Assembly (NCBI GenBank): GCA_031402215.1
Contig: JANNSE010000105.1
Span: 1 to 22,858, forward strand
Direction of reading: 5' to 3'
Origin: Candidatus Woesearchaeota archaeon
GTDB taxonomy: Archaea > Nanobdellota > Nanobdellia > Woesearchaeales > UBA9642
Length of the DNA: 22,858 nt
Shown: positions 16,297 to 22,858 of the stretch, piece by piece
Position numbering within the stretch: position 1 is the first letter of the stretch
Layout of the letters: every line of letters starts with the position of its first letter
Made by a program: the position numbers and the translations under genes
The notes under the pieces: generated by a model
Databases searched by the model: none
What the model was told of the DNA's origin: nothing
The model's input: the letters and a program-made list of their open reading frames with translations, nothing else

Positions 16297-17256
16297 CTAA
16301 TCAGGTATCATAGATAACTTAGGGAATCCGGTATAACCCATATATTCATAACTCTTTATTGTTCCTTTGAATTTTTGCATTATCTCCTCTAGAATTTCTA
16401 ATAGATGAGCTAAATCTTTTACAACTACTTCACATTCAAAGTCCGCACCACCTATTGACTTATTTATTTGATAAAAATATTTATGATATTTTATGTATTC
16501 AAATAATTCTTTTGTTTTTTCCATTGAATTTAACGCAAAATCGACACGATAACCCTGAAACCCTAACTTAGGGAGATTTAAATCAATCTTATATCCTACA
16601 ATAACTTTCTTCTGTTCTAATGTTTTTATTCTTCTACGTACAGTCTCAATGCTTGTTTTCGCTTCTTTAGCAATAACTGCAAGACTTTGCCTAACATCTG
16701 AAGAATAGATAGAAAGTATTTTCTCATCTAATTCATCGTGCTCTACAAATCCTTTCTCACCATAAACTCTAGAAATTAATTCTTTACTTTCGTAGAAAAA
16801 TCGTTTGTTAAAATTATAAATAGGAGCGTAGATTGCAATCTTATACTCAGCAACAAAAGGCTTATATTTTAATAAAATAGCATTCCAAATACTTTGAAAT
16901 TTTTCAATATACTCGTCTCGCTTTATTCCGAGAAAAAATGCAAAATCCCATTTACCATGAAGTTCTGTTGTCGTCCATATATTCTCATAGAGACCTATAT
17001 CTTTGTAAAATTCTTGTTTCAAGTGTAGAGTCATATTCTGCCATCGAAAATAAATTCTAAAGGTTAAATAACCTAACTTCGACATGTCAACAATCGCTGT
17101 ACAATTCCTCAATATATTTTGTTCTTTAAGACGATTTATACGATAAGTCACAGATTCTTTAGAGCGCTTAATCTTCTTAGCTAAAATACTTACAGGAATG
17201 GAAGAATCTTTTTCTAACTCGAATAATATCTTCTTATCAAGCAAATCTAACATCAT
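16297..17256 (-). CDS. Tandem (duplicated) Lrp/AsnC-family transcriptional regulator
   Basis: Two HTH_AsnC-type modules (LDKKILFELEKDSSIPVSILAKKIKRSKESVTYRINRLKEQNIL and LDEKILSIYSSDVRQSLAVIAKEAKTSIETVRRRIKTLEQKKVI), each followed by a RAM-like domain. The ORF track starts at a GTG at 17322. I prefer the ATG at 17256, which has an AT-rich TATA-like sequence upstream. Confidence 0.8.
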   Translation of the reverse strand: MMLDLLDKKILFELEKDSSIPVSILAKKIKRSKESVTYRINRLKEQNILRNCTAIVDMSKLGYLTFRIYFRWQNMTLHLKQEFYKDIGLYENIWTTTELHGKWDFAFFLGIKRDEYIEKFQSIWNAILLKYKPFVAEYKIAIYAPIYNFNKRFFYESKELISRVYGEKGFVEHDELDEKILSIYSSDVRQSLAVIAKEAKTSIETVRRRIKTLEQKKVIVGYKIDLNLPKLGFQGYRVDFALNSMEKTKELFEYIKYHKYFYQINKSIGGADFECEVVVKDLAHLLEILEEIMQKFKGTIKSYEYMGYTGFPKLSMIPD

Positions 17257-17395
17257 TGTGTAAATAACAAGCTTAAATTTAAATATTTTCCCATAATCTG
17301 AGCATTTGTAGGAAATAATCACAGATAGTTCTAGAAATTCTTATATATTACAATCACTTTACAGTAGTATAAATAATATAAAGAGGTAAATAAAA

Positions 17396-17767
17396 ATGAA
17401 TTATGAAAAAGCATTCAAACGAGCAATGACGGGGCTTGCAATCTTAATAGGAATGACGCCCACAATATATACTGTCGGGAAAGATATTGGATACTACAAA
17501 GGTTTTGAAGATACCAGATCAGAGATACGAAGAGATGTTGTCGGAGTATATCGAATGATAATACATAAAGAGGATGAAGCCACAAGTAATTGGTGGAAAA
17601 GTAACGACACAACAAAAACTACACTTAAATATGCGTATCACATCGAAAGAGATGCATTTAGATATTGTTACGAACAACTAGACGACCTTCTGTCTGTAAA
17701 TATAGATAAACTAACAGAAAAAGAAGTAAAGGAATCGGCAGAGTTTGAAAGAAAATACCAAAAATAA
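17396..17767 (+). CDS. Hypothetical small protein with N-terminal hydrophobic anchor or signal
   Basis: 123 aa. It has an N-terminal hydrophobic segment (MTGLAILIGMTPTIY) and genome-typical composition. I recognised no family. Confidence 0.45.
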   Translation: MNYEKAFKRAMTGLAILIGMTPTIYTVGKDIGYYKGFEDTRSEIRRDVVGVYRMIIHKEDEATSNWWKSNDTTKTTLKYAYHIERDAFRYCYEQLDDLLSVNIDKLTEKEVKESAEFERKYQK

Positions 17768-17887
17768 AAGATATAGAAAAAGTGACACAATTCTTTTCAA
17801 TTTCTTTTTTTCTCGTCAATAAAAGCCCTAAAATTCAACCAAAACACTTATAAATAAAGCAAATTTCTAAACTATTATTCTGATGGT

Positions 17888-20377
17888 GTGAAATATACAA
17901 TGGTAGAGGAGAAAGTTAAAGTTCCAAAAAGCGTAAGTGCAGATGATAGTAGAATCATTATGCAGACTGTCGAAGATGAGATGAAGAAATCTTATTTAGA
18001 TTACGCAATGTCAGTAATAATTGGAAGAGCACTACCAGATGTTAAAGATGGCCTAAAACCGGTCCATAGAAGAATTCTTTACGCAATGAACGAGTTAAGT
18101 AATACTTATAATAAACCTTACAAGAAATGTGCTAGAATTGTCGGAGAAGTACTTGGTAAGTATCATCCACATGGTGACACGGCAGTATATGATTCTTTAG
18201 TTAGAATGGCTCAAGAATTCTCATTAAGATATCCGTTAATACAAGGTCAAGGTAATTTTGGTTCTATAGATGGAGATTCCGCAGCAGCAATGAGGTATAC
18301 TGAAGCAAGATTATCAAAAATATCAGATGAAATGCTTCAAGATATTGAAAAAGAAACTGTTGAGTTTACTCCAAACTTCGATGGCACATTAAAAGAGCCT
18401 GTTGTTATGCCTTCTAGATTTCCTAATCTATTCATAAATGGAAGTAGCGGTATTGCTGTAGGAATGGCTACAAATATTCCGCCACATAATGTTACTGAAA
18501 TGTGTAATGCTGTTGTTGCAACAGTAGATAATCCAGATATAAGCACTGAAGAGTTATTATTAATTGTAAAAGGCCCGGATTTCCCGACAGGAGCAGAGAT
18601 AATTGGAAGAAAAGGAATTATTGATGCATATAACACTGGTCGTGGAAGTATAAGAATAAGATCTGTAATTGAAATTGAAGAAAAGAAAGAGCGTAAAAAA
18701 TTAGTTGTAAGAGAGATACCTTATCAAGTTAACAAAGCACAATTAGTAGAAGCAATAGCAGAATTAGTTAAGGATAAAAAAATTCCAGACATAAGCGATT
18801 TAAGAGATGAATCGGATAGAGATGGAGTAAGAATTGTTATTGAACTAAAGAGAGATTCTAATCCTGAAATTGTTAAAAATATGTTATATAATTATTCTAG
18901 ACTAGAAGATAGTTTCGGAATAAATGTTGTTGCACTTGTTAATAACGAACCAAAATTATTATCACTAAAATTATACTTAAGACATTACATAGAGCATAGA
19001 ATTGAAGTTATTAGAAAGAGATGTGTATTCGATTTGCGAAAAGCAGAAGAAAGAGCACACATACTTGAAGGATTAAAACTCGCATTAAAGCATATTGATG
19101 AAATAATTGCGATATTAAAGAATAGTAGAAGTGCTGATGAAGATGCTAAAGAAACTTTAATGGATAAATACAAGTTCAGCGAACCTCAAACTAATGCAAT
19201 CTTAGAGATGAAGATTAGAAGATTAGCAATGCTTGAACAGGAAAAGATTAACACAGAATATACTAATCTAAAACTAGAAATTACGGATTTAAAGGATATA
19301 TTAAATTCAGAAACTAGAGTTAGAAACATAATTAAGACAGATATGAGTGAAATTGTACAAACATATGGTAAAAATGATTCTCGTAAAACAAAGATTGTTG
19401 ATGTGCCTGATGAAGAATTAGATTATGAAATGGAAGATTTAATACCAGATGAAAACGTTGTAATAACATTATCTCACTCAGGATACATTAAGAGATTACC
19501 TATAGAAACATATAAAGTTCAGAATCGTGGTGGAAAAGGAGTAATTGCGTCTGATGTTAAGGATGATGATTACATCGAGAAACTATTTGTTGCAAGAACT
19601 CACTCCACATTGTTAATAATTACAAATAAGGGTCAATTATATTGGTTAAAAGTTTACAAGGTGCCTGATGCATCAAGACAATCACTCGGAAAAGCAATAG
19701 TTAACTTGCTTGAATTAGATGCTGATGAGAAGGTAAATGCTATAATCCCTGTAAAGGATTTTGATGATAAACACTTCTTAGTTATGGCTACTAAGTTTGG
19801 AACAATCAAGAAAACTAATCTAATCGAATTCTCAAATCCTCGTAAAGGAGGAATTGCAGCAATAAACTTAGATGATACAATCCAAGATAAACTAATCAAT
19901 GTAGTTATGACTGATGGAATGAAAGACATCATACTTGCTACTAAAAAAGGAGTGGCTTCAAGATTCAGCGAAGAAGATGTTAGAGCAACAGGAAGAACTA
20001 GTCAAGGTGTTCGTGGAATAAGATTAGAAGAAGGAGATAACGTTGTCGGAATGCTTATAGCAGAAGATACACATAAGATATTAACTCTTACTGAGAATGG
20101 TTTCGGTAAAAAGACAGAAATGACGGAATATAGAAAAATTAACAGGGGCGGTAAAGGAGTTATCAATATCATTTGTTCAGAAAGAAATGGAAATGTTACA
20201 GGAATACTTCCAGTCATGGATGATGATGAAGTATTGTTTATATCTAGAAAAGGAATTCTAATTAGAACATCATGTGATCAGATTTCTACAGTCGGTCGTA
20301 ATACACAAGGTGTAAGATTGATTAAGCTAGGCGCAACTGATAAAGCGATTAACATGACTAAGGTTATGAAAGAATAA
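17888..20377 (+). CDS. gyrA: DNA gyrase subunit A
   Basis: 829 aa. Hallmark motifs: [48 protein letters not shown], and C-terminal beta-pinwheel repeats ([16 protein letters not shown]). The track start is a GTG at 17888; an alternative ATG lies at 17900. Confidence 0.95.
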   Translation: MKYTMVEEKVKVPKSVSADDSRIIMQTVEDEMKKSYLDYAMSVIIGRALPDVKDGLKPVHRRILYAMNELSNTYNKPYKKCARIVGEVLGKYHPHGDTAVYDSLVRMAQEFSLRYPLIQGQGNFGSIDGDSAAAMRYTEARLSKISDEMLQDIEKETVEFTPNFDGTLKEPVVMPSRFPNLFINGSSGIAVGMATNIPPHNVTEMCNAVVATVDNPDISTEELLLIVKGPDFPTGAEIIGRKGIIDAYNTGRGSIRIRSVIEIEEKKERKKLVVREIPYQVNKAQLVEAIAELVKDKKIPDISDLRDESDRDGVRIVIELKRDSNPEIVKNMLYNYSRLEDSFGINVVALVNNEPKLLSLKLYLRHYIEHRIEVIRKRCVFDLRKAEERAHILEGLKLALKHIDEIIAILKNSRSADEDAKETLMDKYKFSEPQTNAILEMKIRRLAMLEQEKINTEYTNLKLEITDLKDILNSETRVRNIIKTDMSEIVQTYGKNDSRKTKIVDVPDEELDYEMEDLIPDENVVITLSHSGYIKRLPIETYKVQNRGGKGVIASDVKDDDYIEKLFVARTHSTLLIITNKGQLYWLKVYKVPDASRQSLGKAIVNLLELDADEKVNAIIPVKDFDDKHFLVMATKFGTIKKTNLIEFSNPRKGGIAAINLDDTIQDKLINVVMTDGMKDIILATKKGVASRFSEEDVRATGRTSQGVRGIRLEEGDNVVGMLIAEDTHKILTLTENGFGKKTEMTEYRKINRGGKGVINIICSERNGNVTGILPVMDDDEVLFISRKGILIRTSCDQISTVGRNTQGVRLIKLGATDKAINMTKVMKE

Positions 20378-20439
20378 ATTATTTCTTAATTTTAATTAAA
20401 GTTATTAGAATTCTTATAAAAAAAATAAAAATAACCTAA

Positions 20440-21186
20440 CTTGTATCGATTTGTTGATTTTTTCAACTATTAATGTCCCGTCTTACTTGGATGTTCTCTA
20501 CTTGAACTCTAAAGTCTTCGCGTGTTTTTTGACGATTCTTGAAGTTGTTACAACGTGTTGTGTGTTTTAAGTTAATTGTTGTACGCCAATTTCAGTTCCC
20601 ATCTATTTGTTGCTATGAAGACTCCATTGTTGTTCTAGTTTTCTCATCAATACACACTGTTAGATGCGTATCGTTGTCGAACACTTTTTTTCAGGCTAAC
20701 TTTACCAAGTCCTTGTGCACTATTGTGCGAACTCGATTATAGTCTATACCTCAACATTTCGACACAGTTTGTAGTTAGGCATTTTTCTTTTTTGTTACTG
20801 TTGTCCTTTACGAACTGATGTTTCTTTGCCTTTTGTTTCTCTTTTTCCCGTTTTTGCTTTTTTTCGTCGTCTCTATTTTGGCTATTTGCCAAGTCATCTC
20901 TTCTATTTACATAAACTGAGTGTAATGGGCCCTCCTAAGATTTGGATTCCTAGGAGGTCAAGGATTGCGTGAATACTTTTCAGTATGATTGTGTATGGTT
21001 CATAACCATAAATACAAGTCTGGTTTAATGTAGAGTCATCCTCCACTTTTGAACGTTTCGGGAATAAAACCAAAGTCTTGCTTTCAGATCCTACTTTTGT
21101 TCGTAAATGACGTTTTCATATCCTTCTGTTTGGGGTCCACACGAGTGGACTTTGAAGGGTTGAAAGATTCGCTTAGCAATTCTTGC
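20440..21186. other. ORF-free block with coding-like composition (candidate ncRNA or heavily decayed gene)
   Basis: No minus-strand ORF of 60 aa or more. Hand counts give about 32-47% GC per 60-nt line, against roughly 20% in ordinary spacers here. The minus strand is purine/A-rich like the coding strands. Hairpins lie at 20931-20957, 20994-21010 and 21135-21150. Confidence 0.3.
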
Positions 21187-22038
21187 TTAACTCATCGTTT
21201 CTTGTAGGTTCATTAAAGTTTTATTCAAGTCTTCTAACTTCTCTGCTACTTTCGTTCCTTGTGTACTCGACCTTAGGAAGCTGTATTCTTCGTATAGTTT
21301 CTGTGTTGTCTTTGTACATTCAGCGATTGTTGCTGTTATTGACTCTTTTTTCCAATCCGCTTTTCTGTGATTGAATGCCTCTAGCATTTCAACCATTCTT
21401 GAGAGTGAAAAGTTGATACCGTTTAAGATTAGCTCTATTCGCAAGCTACTGTTCTGCTTTTGTTCCGCAGTCAATTTATTACTGGCATGATCAATGTTGT
21501 GTAAAGCAAGTTTAAGCATACTTAGTGATTGCTCAAAATTCTTAACTTCATTGGTAACCTTTTTGCTGCTTGTGATTTGCTCGTTAATGTTTTTTATGTC
21601 ATTTCTGAATATGTACATCTCCGAGATTGCGCTATTGGTTGATTCCTCGAAACTTAGCTCTTCAACTTCTTTTTCAAGCTCTTCCTGTTTGACTGCAACG
21701 ATTTTGGCGATAAACAATCCGAACAATGCAATACTAAAGATTGCTTCCAGAATTACTGCTAATTTTGAGTATCCGGATGGTGTTATGTCGTTGTAGCCTA
21801 TAGTCATTGCTGTAATAAAGCTGAAGTATAAGCTGTTTCCTAAACCATTTACATTTTTCGTTAATGGTTCGTTGTGGTATATTAGGGGTTGATTAATGAA
21901 TATTAATGCGAAATAAATTGCACCGAACAATATGATGCCTATGATCCATACTCCTATAACTTGAAGCAAACTAAGTCTGTCAAATACTTGAGTCCCTTTC
22001 ATTTTCGTTACGGATGCGTTGGATGTACTGTAATTCAC
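21187..22038 (-). CDS. Two-TM pore-loop cation channel (K+ channel family) with atypical filter and helical C-terminal domain
   Basis: 283 aa. TM1 is LLQVIGVWIIGIILFGAIYFALIF. The pore helix plus filter is LGNSLYFSFITAMTIGYNDITP. TM2 is LAVILEAIFSIALFGLFIAKIV. About 170 aa of helical/coiled-coil sequence follows, with no GxGxxG. The track start is a GTG at 22038; an alternative ATG lies at 22002. Confidence 0.75.
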   Translation of the reverse strand: MNYSTSNASVTKMKGTQVFDRLSLLQVIGVWIIGIILFGAIYFALIFINQPLIYHNEPLTKNVNGLGNSLYFSFITAMTIGYNDITPSGYSKLAVILEAIFSIALFGLFIAKIVAVKQEELEKEVEELSFEESTNSAISEMYIFRNDIKNINEQITSSKKVTNEVKNFEQSLSMLKLALHNIDHASNKLTAEQKQNSSLRIELILNGINFSLSRMVEMLEAFNHRKADWKKESITATIAECTKTTQKLYEEYSFLRSSTQGTKVAEKLEDLNKTLMNLQETMS

Positions 22039-22348
22039 TTATTGGATGTATCTAGGTATACACTTTTGTATACCAATATCCATTATAATGATTGAGCTTA
22101 TATTTAAATGTTCTGATTTGTGCTTAGTTGTGCGAGAGAAAGCAGGGAAAAAATGAAAAAAAGAAGAAAAAATGATGAAAAAATCAAATGTTTTATCGAC
22201 GAGAACATGAAAATTTTAGTTTTTATTATGGCATTAAATTTGCTCAAGTAGAGCACAAAAAACGCATTAGAGAAACAATAAGAATAAAAAAAACTTAGGC
22301 GCAACATTTAAATAAAGCCATTCCTAAAAGTTCTAAAAAGAGGATTAA

Positions 22349-22858
22349 ATGAAGATAAACAAACTCGACTTGTTATCAAAGGGATGGAATGCTTCTGAGA
22401 TAGAGAGTGCATCTAAGATTCTTGAAAAAGCAGAAGGAGATAATCAAGGCGGAATAAAGTTTGTAGACGGTCTTAGAATAACGGTTCTAGGCGCATTGAT
22501 GATTGCAAACGGATTCATATGTTCTAAACTATTAGTTCCCTTCATGTACGCTATACCTTCAAATTTTATACTCGTAATCGCAGCAATAGTGGGATTCATG
22601 TTTAGTATGTTATTCACATTAGTAATATACGACTATGAAAGAATACATCACGCTCACGAAACAAATTTATTTGTAGCATTCATAGTCAGTGGAGCAGTAA
22701 ACTTCTATCTTATTCTAGAATTTGCAGCACAATTCGGAATTAAAACAAGATTACCGTTAACACACAATATATACATAATTGCTGGAACATATTTTGTAGC
22801 ATTCTTAATACCGCAACTAGTATATCAGATGCAAAAACGTACTCCGGTTCAAGAGTAA
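22349..22858 (+). CDS. Hypothetical integral membrane protein (about 4 TM segments)
   Basis: 169 aa. A soluble N-terminal helix-hairpin (LLSKGWNASEIESASKILEKA) is followed by four hydrophobic segments. A GAGG SD-like sequence precedes the ATG. The stop codon falls at the window end. Confidence 0.55.
   Translation: MKINKLDLLSKGWNASEIESASKILEKAEGDNQGGIKFVDGLRITVLGALMIANGFICSKLLVPFMYAIPSNFILVIAAIVGFMFSMLFTLVIYDYERIHHAHETNLFVAFIVSGAVNFYLILEFAAQFGIKTRLPLTHNIYIIAGTYFVAFLIPQLVYQMQKRTPVQE

Noticed and set aside
16297-17256. Siroheme decarboxylase (fused AhbA/AhbB, NirDL) instead of a tandem Lrp regulator
   Set aside because: I did not see the motifs I associate with that family, and no heme-pathway genes are nearby. 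I cannot exclude it without a profile search.
1604-19932. Many 60-105 aa ORFs in the track lying antisense to or inside larger genes (for example 1604-1804, 3908-4159, 4097-4300, 4872-5189, 5277-5495, 7281-7469, 9009-9233, 9893-10147, 10812-11033, 11069-11293, 11100-11351, 11969-12181, 13566-13817, 14406-14618, 14728-15057, 17415-17615, 18337-18636, 18985-19173, 19654-19932, 20002-20217)
   Set aside because: Each is fully embedded in a longer ORF that has clear family motifs or genome-typical composition. Their translations are Ser/Leu/Phe/Cys-rich shadow-frame sequences with no start signals.
20592-20649. Possible C/D-box sRNA on the minus strand (TGATGA at 20644-20649, CTGA at 20592-20595, 58 nt apart)
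   Set aside because: There are no internal D'/C' boxes at the expected 12-nt guide spacing and no terminal stem.
20539-20742. 67-aa plus-strand ORF inside the ORF-free block
   Set aside because: It uses a TTG start. Its composition is Cys/Val/Phe-rich, unlike every credible protein here. There is no SD or TATA box, and it runs against the strand skew of the region.
20985-21020. tRNA-like T-arm (tatgg-ttcataa-ccata)
   Set aside because: The loop lacks the invariant A58 position, and no complementary acceptor 5' strand exists upstream.
21127-21154. RNase P RNA-like strings on the minus strand (AAAGTCCAC ... ACAGAAGG, resembling CR-I GGAAAGUCC and CR-IV/V ACAGAA)
   Set aside because: The two strings are only about 20 nt apart and belong to a simple hairpin. 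No P4 pairing partner or other conserved regions are visible. Only a covariance-model scan could revive this idea.
20440-21186. Replication origin (ORB/mini-ORB repeats plus an AT-rich unwinding element)
   Set aside because: I found only weak single matches to the AGTGGA core (near 21044-21049 and 21144-21149). There is no repeated ORB array and no adjacent orc1/cdc6, and the block is GC-richer rather than AT-richer than its surroundings.
21183-21796. Plus-strand ORFs 21183-21374 and 21494-21796
   Set aside because: Both are antisense shadows of the channel gene, with Leu/Ser/Phe-rich low-complexity translations.
22104-22307. 67-aa minus-strand ORF in the divergent spacer, and a 22-codon plus-strand ORF starting at 22153
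   Set aside because: The 67-aa ORF is a Phe/Ser/Leu-rich translation of an A-rich spacer with no initiation signals. The 22-codon ORF is too short to support.
1-22858. Checked for CRISPR arrays, transposases, integrases, terminal inverted repeats of IS elements and rRNA genes
   Set aside because: I saw no regularly spaced direct repeats. No ORF had recombinase or transposase hallmarks. No rRNA-like GC-rich conserved stretch was present.

Overview
This is a low-GC archaeal chromosomal segment (about 30% GC by hand counts of sample lines), most likely from a small-genome DPANN-type archaeon. Supporting signals are an archaeal PCNA, CDP-archaeol synthase, an archaeal beta-CASP RNase J, GGTGA Shine-Dalgarno sites, TTTATAAA/TTTAAATA TATA boxes 22-29 nt upstream of first-gene ATGs, and a lamin-tail-domain surface glycoprotein. 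I can support 24 protein genes and one tRNA-Leu(CAA). I saw no rRNA, CRISPR array, transposase or integrase. Recognisable content: a polar-lipid operon (carS plus two CDP-alcohol phosphatidyltransferases), an MFS transporter, PCNA, oligoendopeptidase F, RNase J, an AmmeMemoRadiSam-type radical SAM enzyme, an unusually long ScpB, a tandem Lrp/AsnC regulator, GyrA and a 2-TM pore-loop ion channel. Most worth a second look: (1) a three-gene operon (9865-11448, minus strand) whose products share a roughly 65-aa strand-plus-coiled-coil module; one of them has an N-terminal amphipathic helix and a long acidic, proline- and aromatic-rich disordered region. (2) A 0.75-kb ORF-free block (about 20440-21186) with coding-like composition and several hairpins. 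(3) The adjacent channel, whose selectivity filter reads TIGYND instead of T[VI]GYGD and which lacks an RCK domain. (4) An unknown ferredoxin-like plus winged-helix protein translationally coupled to the long ScpB. (5) Nested helices and direct repeats flanking the tRNA. All product calls come from motif recognition by eye; no database search was possible.
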